DNA of 64,000 bases. Source: Girardia tigrina (Eukaryota). Positions 37,856 through 51,730 of this stretch are shown here, piece after piece; position 1 is the stretch's first letter, and the number at the start of each line of letters is the position of its first letter. The position numbers were made by a program, and so were the translations under genes. Below the pieces are notes generated by a model. The model saw nothing but the letters and a program-made list of their open reading frames with translations, ran no database searches and was not told the origin of the DNA. Location: contig MQRK01245240.1 in the NCBI GenBank assembly GCA_001938485.1, positions 1 through 64,000 on the forward strand, read 5' to 3'.

Positions 37856-40800
37856 TAGGGTGTCCCTTATATGACAAAATTTTTTCTTTCAAATTTCGAA
37901 ATGCATACCCTCTACATGTTTTTACTAATGCTATAAGCATATTAAAAAATATAAAATTTCATCTTTCTAGCATAATTGCAACCAGTGCCGACAGAGCTTC
38001 AAAGTTTAGTAAAAAACGTGTTTTGTCTTGATATTTCGGTCTAGTATAAAATCATTATAAATACAATAAATTAAGTGAATAAAAGTAAAAATTCAATAAG
38101 ATGAACATTAATCTTTAATCGAAAACAGAAAGTAATAACAATCAGTCAGGGTAACTTCTTTTTAGAGTTGTTTTTTACAGTCCGGATACAATTTTCTATG
38201 TTCCTTCTGTTTTTGTTCTTCTTCAGTCGTGATAAGTCTGTTATAATCTTGCATCATTTTAACAGACCTTTCAGCGATATTCATTCACATCTTTCAAATA
38301 ACTTATTTTTCTTTTAGCTTTCAGAAAAGCAGCATTATTATTCAAAGGAAGATACGTCTTCCTTTAGAAAACTGTCGTCAATCTGCAGTCGTGATAAAAA
38401 TTTTTTTGCTCTTTTTCGATACGAAATCATTCAGTGTTTTGTCTGGAAAAAAAAGAAAATAAGATAAATAACAAAAGAAAAACTACAACCATTTAAATAT
38501 ATCACAAAAAGTCTCAATTTAACTTACCAAACAACCTTTGAGGTAGTTTTTCCTTTGATGGGTCATAGCGTTGGCTAAAATCTGAGGTTTTGTCCCGGTT
38601 GAAGTTGACAATCATTTTCTTCTTAGTTTGGTTATCAACTTCATCATCAAACAGTTATAGAATAACTGTCTCTTCAGATAAATACTATAAGTAATGACTA
38701 AACTTGCTGATACAAGCATTAGAAATTGTTGCGTCAACTTTTTCGTACTCTTTTTACATTTTCAAGAAGCGCAAATCCTCGATAGGTGCTTTCATAGCCA
38801 TAGTACATTCGAGCCAAGGTTGAACATACAACATCACGACAAATAAGCAAACATCTTATAGAGCTTTTTTGTCCTTTGCAGTTATTCTACATTGTGACTG
38901 AAGTAAACATATTTTTAAAGAATAGATTGCTCTCGCCATCCAGCGTGACTGATGCTTGGCTCCGGGGGACCTTAGTTTAAATTTTTGCTCTGTGTCTCCT
39001 CACAAAAATAATACGCACAGTTCGACCAATTCGCGATAGTCATCTCTTATATAACCTTTGTCTAATTCTGCTTTATAAAATATTAACAAAGCTTGAATGT
39101 CTGTCTCGGCGGAACGTTGTTTTACGAAATGAAGAGAATGTTACCCGCGTCGATATTTAGAAGCTGTTGTGTCGCAGCACATTATTTGTACTTTGTCGTG
39201 AAGGTTCTAGTCAAAGAGAGCTGTTGATACAGCCTTAGTTTCATGTTTTCAAAAAGAGTGTTCTAGTTTCGGCACTGCAAGAAGCTGTTCCTTATCGTCA
39301 AACGAAGCAATAACTGGCAAGCGTTCTTCTTTAGAACTTCGTACATTCAACCCGGGTAATAGTTTTCCATCCCAATGGACTGTGACTACGTTGGGTACAT
39401 TGTTTTGGAAATCAGATTTTATTGATGATTTATTAATAAGGAAATCATCGCTGCTCAGATCAAGCGCTTTTAGGACCGCATTAAGAATAGAAACGGAGTC
39501 TCTAATACTTAGCTGGCATCGATCTAAAGTTGCAACTGTTTTAGGTGTTACGAGATTCTTTCTACCTCTTTTTGAACTTTTTTATGTTCATGGTAGGCAA
39601 CGTCCGATAAGCTGAGTTCAGAATTCAAGATCTGTTCTTTGTCTGAATCTTCTAGACTTTCTAAGTAATTTGTGGTGGAAGTAAATGCAACAGCTAGTGA
39701 TTCTATTTGTCTTACAACCCTTTCTTCTTCCTCCGATCGTCGTTGTCTAGATCTATCTTCTTTTTCAGCCAATTTTTTATCAACACCACCTAAGCATCAC
39801 GGTCGACCTGGCTCTCTCTGTTTCATTAAAAATAATTTATCTTCCTCTATTTTTCATTCTCTCAAAAGCATCAGCATGTGCAATATCAAAAAAATTATCA
39901 AGATCAATTTAGAAATTGTTCTCATGGCTCTAGAACGTAACCTGAGTTTTCTTACAAGTTTTTGCAACTCTCTCTAAACATTATATAAATCAACAAGTTT
40001 CTTCACGCACTTTGGAAATGCCCTTGTTGGAATTCTTGCTTTTTCCCAACATATGATGCACTCCCTAATCACAAGATTTGCATTTTCACTAACAGTCAGT
40101 TTAACTTCACGAATTTTGTAAAATAGGACTAAGAGAACTTGTCGATTAGATGGTAATTTTGCACCATTTATTTGATATCTAGGCAAACTGATAAGGAAAA
40201 TAATTTGTTTATCACTCCGTAATTCCACCGACATGTTAACACACTAAACAATGGAGCACTACTAATCTCTGGATCCATGGATCAAAAATAATAATATTCA
40301 AGCTTCACACTCAACTTCTCTGTTAAACATTTTCAAACATAGCATTTATTGCATAATTGATTATATAATCACTTTTCTCATATATAAGGTGCAAAAAGCC
40401 AGTGTTAATTTAGTCTGAAGATGGCACTGTGTGATCCGACGAAATTAATTACGAAAATAAATTGTGAAAAATGGCGTTCAGTTTTTAATAAAGAGTATAA
40501 ATTGCCATTATTTTTTACATTCCTTAATAATCTATGAAGCCAATCAGTAGGGGAAAAATGTATGTTCTCCACCAGCCCCCCCCGGGGGGGGGGTCGATAA
40601 CTAGTTATCGCGCGGTTGCCATGGCAACGGTAAATAGTTACCGAGCGGTTACCATGGCAACGGTCGCGATCACCATAGCAACGGTCGCGGTTACCATGGC
40701 AACGGTCGCGATCACCTTGGCAACGCTTCCGATTGGCCGCGCGGTTCCCTAGCAACGGTCGCGNNNNNNNNNNNNNNNNNNNNNNNNNNNNNNNNNNNNN

Positions 40801-41100
40801 NNNNNNNNNNNNNACCTTGGCAACGCTTCTGATTGGCCGCGCGGTTCCCTAGCAACGGTCGCGATCACCTTAGCAACGGTCGCGATCACCTTAGCAACGG
40901 TCGCGTTGCCATGGTAACCACGCGGTAACTGGTTACCGTTGCCATGGCAACCGCGCGATAACTAGTTATCGACCCCCCCCGGGGGGGGGTGGTGGAGAAC
41001 ATACATTTTTCCCCTACTCCAATCTTTTGGGAGATCATAATAATCCATAATATTCTTTTGTCATTCCTGTGAGAGCAAAATAAATAAATTAGAATTTTAA
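37856..41100 (-). mobile_element. hAT (hATm-like) transposon remnant inserted in (TA)n
   Basis: TAGGGTG terminus; GAKLPSNRQVL, WEKARIPT, VHWDGKLL, CCDTTAS, RWMARAIYSLK. Right boundary approximate. Confidence 0.75.
40546..41018. mobile_element. Non-autonomous mini-Maverick/Polinton-like element
   Basis: AGTAG...CTACT termini, ~100-bp TIRs, 6-bp TSD CCAATC, internal 21-bp tandem repeats. Confidence 0.8.
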
Positions 41101-42000
41101 TAATTATAATGGTAAATATTGGTTACAAACTTTAAAAAGTGTCTTAAAGTTTAGTATCAAAGCAAAAAAGGAATAATAATAATTTTTTACAATAGTTAAA
41201 TAAAAAATTCAAAATAAACATACAAAAAATATATGTTATGAATTTATATTGAATATATTTATAATTCTAATAATGTTTATAAGATATATAAGAAATATCA
41301 AACTTATTTATATAGAAAGACTACAGAGAAAGGCTCTAATTAATATCAAAAAACTTTTATGACGATAAATACAAAGAGAGTTTGATAAAATATTTAGAGT
41401 AAAGAGTTTTGAATTTGTCTTTTTATTGCGAAATCACAGATCGTGCTTTGAAAAGTCTTACAGAACGCCTGCGTACCAAGGAAACAAAGATGCGCAGTAT
41501 TAGTGTATCGTTTGATAAAGTACTTACTCAAACACGTATTACGGAAAGTAAATTAGTATCATACTTAGAAGGGTTTAGATAATTTTAGATGAGTATTTAT
41601 AAAAACAGGTTGTTTGAAGAATCTGACTGAGTTAGGAAAAGAATTGATCGATGAAATATCAAGGAAAATCAAATTTGTGATGAGAAATTATAGGACTCAT
41701 AAAGCGGAATTCTTTATGAGTCATATAACTTTAGGGTAACACAACATTAGGGAAACACTACATAAGAAAATACTGAAGAATACAAACAAATAATTAAAAT
41801 TCCATATTAAACGTTTCGTATTAATAAATTTTTTAGTTTTATTTTGGCGGTTAATGAGTTAATTATTGTTGAGATTAAGTTACCATTTGTATTTATATTC
41901 TATTTCAGATTAACGTGATTTATCAATTTTATTATCAATTAAATCTCGTTCATTGGATAGACAAATGATCATCTCAAAATCTGGATTAGTTAGAATTCTA

Positions 42001-43509
42001 ACGGATATAGTGTCTCCAAAAAGTAAAATGAGGACACTATTTCGATATTATGAAAAATAAACAAAAAGTTGCATAAAACAAAACAAGTTTCTTAATAAAT
42101 TTATTTATCTTCTATTTCAAGTTCTACCGATTCATTTGGTTCAAGAGATGGATTATTTTGAATGCTTTCTCCTTTAAATATTTGTCATTAAATAATGTTT
42201 CGTAGACATCATGCTTTACTATGTGCGATTTATTACTGTAAAGAGAAATTCCAGCCGCATTTTTAGAATTTATTATATTTTCCGGTGTTATAACATTTCA
42301 TGAATTTTTCACCCAAGAATTAATCTTGAGCCTGTCAATAGGCTTGTTATTTCTGTTAAATTGTACTTCAAATAAAACTTTCCAAGGATTAATTCTCGAA
42401 GACACTCAATCTTAAAAATTTCAATATCCTTCCCAGAAGATGTGGTGTTAACCCGCCCAGTATAACGGTCATTAAAATTTTCCTTTTTTGACAAAGTCCT
42501 TTGAATGCCTTGGAAAGATGATCTATAGACGAATTACCTGGACTTGTATCAAATCTAGGAAATATTAAATCAAATAAATGGATTATAATATCTTGGGTTA
42601 TCCAAGCTCGGTTTTGTGTCGTTGACATTACTCTCTTTCATTTAAAATCAACTCCTGACCTTTTCCTCTATGAATAATCAAGCACAGGACCTTTTTTCAT
42701 TTACCTAAACAGAAAGAGCAGCCATTATTCTCATGGAAGAAAATTCCATTGATCGCATGACGACATGCCATCTCACTTTCATATCAACAGTCTGAGTTCT
42801 ATTGTCTCCAAAAAAAGCAGTTTTGTCCATTAGGATTGTTTTTTTACGTGTTTTGACTGCAATAATTCTTGAAGAGACACAACAAACGAAACAGCTCTAT
42901 CAACAAAGGTATTATCACTCAAAGTTATAAGATTGGTTCTTCTTTTTCAGGACAAACTGTGTTTCTTCATAAAACCACCAATCCATTGATTACGTCCCTC
43001 TTATAAAATGTATATTTTTTGGCCAAATAAAATTCTATGTTAGAAACAAAGGGTTCTTGTCAATTTTAATTTCATCAATCGTAGTTCTATAATTTCGGAT
43101 AACAACGTCTCATTTCATTCTTCCAGTGCTCTTTTCTGACGCCCTCCTTTAACTCTTTTCATGGTTTTTGATTGCCTCTTTATTTTTAGGAATAATACCA
43201 TCTTCTAAACATGGATCTATTATATTCACAGCCGTCTCTTTCTCAAAGTATTTTGCTGCTATATATGAACTTTTATTATTCCAAATATATGAAATGACCT
43301 TAATCTGAAATTCTAGAGTAAATCTTTTAAATTATATAATTATGTATTTTAAAATGAAAATTATATTTTTGAATTCATATTTTAAAGAAATTTTAAAACA
43401 TAATATTTAAGCATTTAGTAAAATGTTATAGGGACCCTAATAAATAGTGTCATAATTTTTAAAAATTAGAGAAACTTTTTGGATTTAGACACTTTTAGGA
43501 GTTATCCGT
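42001..43509 (-). mobile_element. pogo-like DNA transposon, highly degenerate
   Basis: TIR ACGGATA flanked by TA; AWITQD..GGLTPHL; related to 31690-33385. Confidence 0.85.
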
Positions 43510-44519
43510 TAGTAAAGTATTTTGACTGCTGGTTGTGTTGTAAGAGTAAAATGTTTTTCTATTTCAAAGGATTAATTTTCTGTCCTACAACGAGTTTTTC
43601 ATTCATAATACGAGCGATAATTCTGTGAATCATTACTGATTAGACTCTACACGAATTAATTAACATTGAAAATGACCTACGTAAAGCAAAGTGAATCATT
43701 TAAATGTTTAATTAAACAAATAAAATTTTTTTCTTATTATATCTCAATATAGTATAATTACATATTTTTTATTTTAATATTTTTGGGTTTTAGTAGATTA
43801 TTGCGCTAAAACAAATAATATTTGCTTAATAATATTTGATTTAAGTAATGCCGAAACATGTACAATGATTATATATTAAAACTGGCTTTAAGTAAATTAT
43901 AATACAACAATATGATTTAATAATATATTATTCAATAATTTAATTAAATTATTTTTGTGAAAATCATTCATGTAAATTAAATTATGTATTCTTCACAGGT
44001 TAGCATATCTATTAGAGGAACAACTTAATTTTATTTAAGTACATATAAAAATTTTCCCGAATGATTCTTCTGTTTAATTCATTTATTATTGTTATCAATA
44101 TATTTGGCTTAAAAGTTTATTTTACGGTTTGTTCAGATCTGTGTCCATACGTCCCGGTGAATGTAGCGGGTCAGTCTCATTCGGATTGTAATTTTTATAT
44201 ATTTTAATACATAAGCATTTAACATTTATTTAAGACTTCTCAGATAGCTATACGGATCAAAGTATGTTCTCTTATTTGATATTTTTTTCTTTAACATAAT
44301 TAAGTTTTCCAATCATCCAACGACAATTTTGATGGTAAAATATTTTGCTATTTAAAATATTTTTAATTGAAATTAATTAAATTAATTAAATTTTATAAAA
44401 TTATTTAACTGATTTTTATAATTATTTTAACGATAATTTTATATGCATATTTATCTGTCAGTGGAATAGTGTCATACATCATATCACATAAACCTTAAAA
44501 TATCCAAAAAATAAATATT

Positions 44520-45178
44520 TATTTATTTATTCTAGAATCTTCGTCAAATACTTGTTAGATAGCGTTCTTTTGTTGTAGAAGAATAAATAAAAGTGAGGTT
44601 TGTAAAATGGCTTAATTCCTGTGCATATGCAAATACAACGATGTTTTTTCATGGTTAGTTGAGGATTTCGACATTTTCACTAATTTTGACTAGAAATTCC
44701 GATAAATCATCTTGGAACATTTTTTATCGATAAACAAAGATTATTTCAACATTCAATTTTTTGAAAATTCCAAGCAATACTCAGGTCTTCGCGATGGAAC
44801 CACAATTCGACAAAGTTGCAACTCGTGACGAATTTTTCGAATTTTTTTCTTATTTTTTTGGTTAATTTCGATATCAGCCCCCGAATGTGAATCGACCAAT
44901 ATTTATAATATAAATTAATTATCAAAACTCTCATTGGTTAAAATCAAATATCAACATTTTTTAAAAAAAAGAATTATCAATTAAATTAATATACTAAAAT
45001 TTTACATTATTAAAAAAAATAAATATTACACTTGAAACCTATTTTAAATATTTTTACTTAAAAATTAAATAAAATTTTTTTAAATTTTAAGTAATCAAGG
45101 AAAATAAAGAGACATAATCCGAAGTAACATAAAACATGCTAATTATAAAACAACATACAATTTAGAACAGTCCTCACA
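44520..45178 (-). mobile_element. Family-1 LTR 5' part fused to a decayed coding-like segment
   Basis: TGTGAGGA start and TTAACCAAT motif, then ~360 bp non-LTR sequence; 3' end and TSD unresolved. Confidence 0.5.
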
Positions 45179-45961
45179 TAAAATAATATAAATTTTTATA
45201 AAGTATTTTACATTTAGAATTGTAATATCTCCCGATATTTTTTTGTGTTTTTGTTAATTTTTCTTGTACATAGTTTTTTTTGTTCATTGTGTATGACGTG
45301 TTTTTTTTGTATGTTCAACAAAGCGTTATCTTTTCGACCTGTAAATTCTATCTAACGCTTTACGAATTATTTTTGTTTTGTTTATGATCATGGATCCTTT
45401 TCTTTGAAAACGAAAGTCGACATGCAAGACATCAGATAATTTAGAAGACCTAGAAAACACCATGTGAAACCTAAATACATATCCAACTTTGATATTAATG
45501 AGACTCAAACCAATTTGTATCCTATTATTTTTAACAGAAATTAATGCTCAAGATAGAAAATTGATTTTTTTTCGTGTAAATTAAAAAAATGATGTTCTGT
45601 TTTATATATAATGAAATAAATCTTTTGAAAATTATTATCAAGAAAGAGAATCATTGTTGATTTATGTTGCTAACATCCAAAACAGAATTCAAATTTTAAA
45701 AAGACGACAGATGATCATTCCTAAGACTCTGTTTCTCATTCTCGAATAATTCGGCAGTGACAATAGAGAAAACAGACAACATAACACAGTTAAGAAGGAA
45801 CGAATGAAACTCAGAATAGCATTCATATTAGTCGTTCTATCGGGCAATAAATGGGTAATATAGATGTTAGAAGATAATGTTCTAAAAGCAATTAATACTA
45901 AGTAATAAGATTAATAATAATTAAACTTTAAAAAAATCAACACTATCGAACATTGGAAATA

Positions 45962-47245
45962 TTAGGTTGGTCGAAAAATAATGGCGGTTTTGGGACACAA
46001 ACTTCAAAGACGTGCAAATTCACAGAAACAAAAGTTTATTAATCAAAGTATGAACCGTTGGCATCAATACATTTTTGCCAATGAGAAACAAGTTGTTTTA
46101 TTCCATCAGCATAAAATACATCGGTTCTCGAAGCGACGAATTCTTGGAAGGCATTTTGAGCATCATTTTGGTTTTTGAAAATTTTTTCATGTAGGAAGTT
46201 GTACAAATGCCTGAAAAAGTTGAAGTCCGTTGACGAGAGGTCTGGTGAATATGGTGGATGAAGCAGGGTTTCATAGCCAAACTCATTAAGCTTTTGAAGA
46301 GTCACTTTTGAAATATGAGGTCTAGTGTTATCATGAAGAAGGATGGGACTTTTTCGATTGACCAATCCTGGACAAAGGGTTTTCATTTTTTATGCATTTC
46401 ATCAATTTCATGACAGTACCTCTCCGCTGTGATTGTTTCACCTGGATTCAAGAAACTATAGTGGATCATTCCAGCATCACACCACCAAATTGTCACCATA
46501 ACCTTACGGGGTGTTAGTTTCGGTTTTGGAAAGTGTTTCGGTACTTCATCTTTGCCCAACCACTGTGCAGATCGACGTCGGTTATCATACAGGATCCATT
46601 TCTCATTACAGGTAACAATACGATCAAGAAATGGATCGTTTTTATTGCGAAGATGATTGGCAGAACAAATTTCATAGCGTCGGTACTTTTGATTTTCATT
46701 CAAATCATGTGGAACCCATTTATCAAGTTTCTTGATTTTTCCAAGTTGTTTTAAATGATCCAGGACTGTTGAATGACTAATGTCCAACCCATCTGCAAGT
46801 TCTCTGATTGTTGTACGGGGATCTGTTTCCACTATTGTCCTCAAATTGTCGTTGTTCACAGCAACTGGATGACCACGACCTTCTTCATCTTCAAGGTTTT
46901 CATCTCCATCAGAAAATTTTCGAAACCATCGTTGCACTGTGCGCTCCGAAGCTGTTCCCTTGACAAACGCTTTATTGATATTGCGAGCCGTTTCTGCTGC
47001 TTTACGACCCAGTTTAAATTCTTACAAGAAAATTGCTCGAATTTTAATTTTTTCCATTATTAATTTAGCACCGTAAATATTCTAAAAAATAACAGCAAAA
47101 TGTTAATAATGGCTACATGAATATACAGCTAGGCATAAGATTTCAAATAATATCTAACACTAATGCATTTAAACTTATATACATATCAAAGTAGATAAAC
47201 AAAGTATAAAGCTCAAAAACCGCCATTATTTTTCTACCAACCTAA
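45962..47245 (-). mobile_element. Mariner element, full length, one stop plus a frameshift
   Basis: TIRs TTAGGTTGGT, TA TSD; WVPHDL, HDNTRPH, YSPDLS. Confidence 0.95.
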
Positions 47246-47994
47246 TATATGATTATGTCTTAACAATTATATTTTTTTTGGATCCAATGTTGTAATGTAC
47301 GTTTATTTTTTTGTATTAAAGAGTTTGTCGCTTTAATTAATTGTTTTTTATTTGATAATTTATTTTTTTAATTGTAACAGCAGCAAATATAATATATTAA
47401 TTAAACTACTGTAAAATTCGCTGATTTTACAAGAATAATAAAAATACTAAAATACAAAATTAAAATACAATAATATTTTTATGGAAAATATAGTTTGATA
47501 ATATTATTTATAATTTATTTATTTTAGACTTTATTATAAAATCATTTGCAAATGAAGTTGGACTTGTATCAAGTGAGCTATTTATTTCATAAATGTTTAA
47601 AAATAAATTCAAAATTTTATTCAAATTGTTTATTTATTATTATGATTATCACTATTATTATTATATTTATTATGATTTAGTGCACTCACCAAATAATATT
47701 AATTATTACAACAGTAATGTTTAATTTATTTTAACTTAATGTAACTTTTTCTAATAATATATTTTTGTAAATATTTATAGTTAAATTTTATTAGTTTTAA
47801 TTACAATTAGATTTTAATTTCTTCTAGGAAGCCAAAAAAATCTAAAAATTTAGGTATTTTATAACGAATCTTAATTTTTATTTCATAATTAAATGGTCAA
47901 AAAGAAACATCCAAAATTTTAAAAGAAATCTGAATACAACCCTTAGAAAGTTTCATTAACCATACTATTTTTTCTCACAAAGCTGTGGTCGCCG

Positions 47995-48816
47995 TATTAC
48001 GAACATAATTATTTGCGTGAACACATTTATTATCAACACAAACACAATCGTCATTACAACAGCTCTCATTAAATGATATCCGAATTATTCATCTCTCTTG
48101 ATTAATGTAATTTTATTAAATATTTCAGTTGCAAACAATAAATGGGAAAGAACAAAACAGTCAATGTTTAATTTTTGAAAATATAATTGGATAAAAATAA
48201 TTAACTTCCAAATAAATATTAATTTTAAAATAACATTTTAAAATAAATATACTATTAAAATTTTAACCCTCTGTTAACACATTGACTGCTGTTGACATCA
48301 TGCACCGAACGTCTGCTACGCGCGCTACGCGTGGGACAAAAAAGTTTACTGCCGCGCCTTTTTAGCATTTAACACATTGAATGTTGAGTACGAGGTATCT
48401 CGTACTTAGCGTCTTAGTAATGTAAGCCAAAGTACGAGATATCTCGTACTCAGCATTCAATGTGTTAAAATGACCCCAAACCTTATTTATATAAATATTA
48501 ATTCATCGATAAACTTAGAATCGATATTAATATTAGAATTAATATTTTTTGGGGTCAAATTGACCCATGTAGGTAATGGTGTAACAAAACAAAAATAGAG
48601 TCACTAATTCAGGATTAAATTTTAAAATTCTAAATTAAATTGCATAACATTTTTAAATTAAAAACATTATTTAATGCCTATTTAAACTTTAAATTTATTA
48701 AATTATTTGCAAATAATTAATTAAAAGTAATCAATCAACCATCTTGGTAGGAGAGTAACAAATTTAAAAGAGCATATTAATATGCTGCAATGGAAAACAT
48801 CACAATATTCCTCTCA
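47995..48816 (-). mobile_element. Family-1 LTR with upstream purine tract and downstream PBS-like CGGCGACCAC
   Basis: TGAGAGG...GTTCGTAATA; interrupted by MITEs at 48267-48614. Confidence 0.7.
48267..48614. mobile_element. Nested TTAA-targeting (piggyBac-like) MITEs including a hairpin at 48373-48464
   Basis: TTAA flanks; ~34-bp TIR CACATTGAATG.TGAGTACGAG.TATCTCGTACT. Confidence 0.8.
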
Positions 48817-49859
48817 TTATTCCTCTTTTGTACAAGTTATCAAGGTCGGTTATGATATTAAGACATAAAATTTGAGTCATGTAAATATTTTGTATTTTGA
48901 AAGTTTCTGTTTCCTCCTTAAAAACATTATGTAAATAACCGATGTATCAAATTTACATTTGAACATTGATCATTCATTATATTAAGTGTTTTATATACAT
49001 AAAATATTCAAACAAGTGAAGGGTCCTAATAAAAACATGAACCGGATATCAAATCTAGATTGTTAGTCATTGAATATATAGATTAGTATTTTACTAAAGT
49101 ACTGTGACCTATTCTTAAGTATGATTTTAGCATATATTATATGTAATGAAACATTTAGTAAATAATGTCACTAATAGAGTTAACAGTTTGTTTACTTAAT
49201 AAACATTTTGTTTGATACGCATTTCGAAGAGGAGTTTCACAATAAATTTATAAATGTATTTCATTTTTGTATTAAAAATCCAAAATTAAAATAGTTAAAA
49301 TATCACAATAATAGAATTAATTTAATAGAATAACACTTTTAGTGTGGGTAAACATGAATGGTAGCTATAAGTTCCTTCTTTTGGTGATTGGCTGGGGTGT
49401 TGCCCAGCCCGTACCAGTACCTTTCCACCCGGCGTGAGGTACGGGCTCCCAAATATAAATTAGCTCCTTCCTTTTACAATATTGTTTAGACATACAAATA
49501 AGTTTAAATACTAAAAGACTGAATATCGCATTATGGCAAGCACTTATAATTACAGTTCGATACAGTTTATACCGTAAATTTGATACCAAAACATTCAATG
49601 CAGTAGAAAAACATCGAAACAATTAAATTTCTTTAAAAAAATATATGATTATTTTTTTAAAAATAAATTTTTTTTCATATTTTAAAAAAATTTACATATT
49701 TTTTAGTTTAAAAAATTTGAAAATCTTTTGTCAGAACTCTCAATATAAGATAATAAATATTAATTTAATTTTAAATTCTATGTAAATTGATTTAATAAAT
49801 TAATTGTTTTAGTTTTTCCAAAGTTTCTATGACTAAAATAATAAATAATGACTAAATCC

Positions 49860-50850
49860 TGTATCCAACCACAAAAAATTTAACTATCTTATTATTCTCA
49901 ATTTACCATCGAAACCAGTATTTTTGCAGTGTTTCTTGTTACCTGACAATAGTACACTGTCTATTTCAACATTTGTATTTGATGACTGGACAATTTGGAT
50001 TCTTTTGATATCAAGTAGATCAGTGCTATTACCGACAATCCCTGATGTATGGTTGCCACAATGGAGCTAGTATTTCAACAAAGCTCTACCAGGTTGCCAC
50101 TAAGATGTGCTACTCACATAATCAACCTTATAATTAAAGATGCGTTGAAAAATGTTGAGTTCATTATAGTTGGTTTTAAAATACACTCAAGCCACATTCA
50201 GAATGGTATTTTAAAGCGCTATAATGATACCAGTGGAACAGATTCTTCGATTGTTTTATGGATCTGGCGAAATAAATCCGAACACTAAATATGCTTGTTC
50301 GCATTGAGAATACAATAGTAATTTTCTCTATTTTCATTGATGTACTCAATGTTGCTCAAAAGGAAGGTTGTGATTGACTGATTTGTACAAAGCGTCGCAA
50401 AAGCAGTAGCAAAGACCTCTGAATGCGGTCAGTCAACTTAGCAGCGGTGGCTGAAAATCGCAGATATTTACTACTGAATCCAGTTGTTCACCTTGACTTA
50501 TTTGTGAAAGAGCAAACAAAGTTATCTGAGGCTACTGAAGTTAGCCTTCACAAATAGTTGGTCGCTCTTTGAGTTCCTGATTTCCATCAATAAGTTTGGG
50601 AACGCTTATTTCATTTAATTGCAATCATCCCGAGGCTACTTCGTCTATTGATGGAACATAAACTCAAAACGATACTAGATTCCGAGGCAGCTGTAGAGAG
50701 GTGTTTTAGTAACCACAAATAGTTTCATTCTCCTTTGAGATAGATCATGTCAAATGAAGTTCCTTTAAATATAACATTTTCTCTCCATCAATTACTTCAG
50801 ACAGCAGTCGATTTGATTGTCTCGCCATTGATGAGAATGATGACGACAAG
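49860..50850 (+). mobile_element. hAT transposase remnant
   Basis: LRCATHIINLIIKDAL and SEAAVERCFS. Confidence 0.8.
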
Positions 50851-51029
50851 TGATAACATTTTTCTTTGAACATTGATTTTGAAATAAAGATTCATACTTA
50901 TTCAAATTTTTTAATATGAATGTATGAATATTATTGATAAATTTATTTATGAAAGGTGATCAAAGAGGGGGTAAAAAACATGCAAAGACATAAATAATTT
51001 CAAAATTAAAATGTCAGCATCCTAATGAT

Positions 51030-51580
51030 TTTAAATTCTGCCAATGAAAGACAGCTAAAAATGTAAAGACGCCTTGTACTGTAGCCCGTAGCCCGTACGG
51101 GCTCCGCTCCAGGTGATCGGTGATTCCATGAGATCCTATTTTTTCAAGAAAAAGTTGGTACCGGTCGCGTAAGGGCGAAATCAAAGGCATGGATGACAAC
51201 GGAACTTTTTGCGGAGATGTTGCTTGCATGATTCGGACGACTAAGCCTGCAGGGAGGCAAAGTGCTGGTCTGTCTCGATAACTTCAATTGCCACTCTCCT
51301 ACGAAGGCTATTTCACTTCTAACATGACAGACATCTCGCAATCAATGATCAAGGAGTCACACAGAACCTCTAGCTTTGCTATAAGAAACTCTTGTTATAC
51401 CACCACCTTGAGGCCATGGATAAGGAAAAGGAATCAATGTCAAGTTGCTTTACGCTCTACATATCACTCGGTGTGAGGAAAAGAATTACTTGAATGGGTC
51501 AATTGAGATGTCTGACTTCTTCTGCGTTGATGAACTCTACGCGACTGGTGGGACTTTCACATTTGCTCATAGCTTTCACT
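51030..51580 (+). mobile_element. Tigger/pogo DDE remnant
   Basis: KAWMTTELF..KVLVCLDNFNCH. Confidence 0.75.
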
Positions 51581-51730
51581 TAATATTATTATTATTATTA
51601 TTAAAAATTGATACTTTTATTACTCTCAACTATTTTTGGAAAAAAAATATTATTTTATTTGTTTTTAAAATGTTCATTTGTGCTATATGATTATTATTTA
51701 TTCATTGATTATTAACTTTTAATATTTAAG

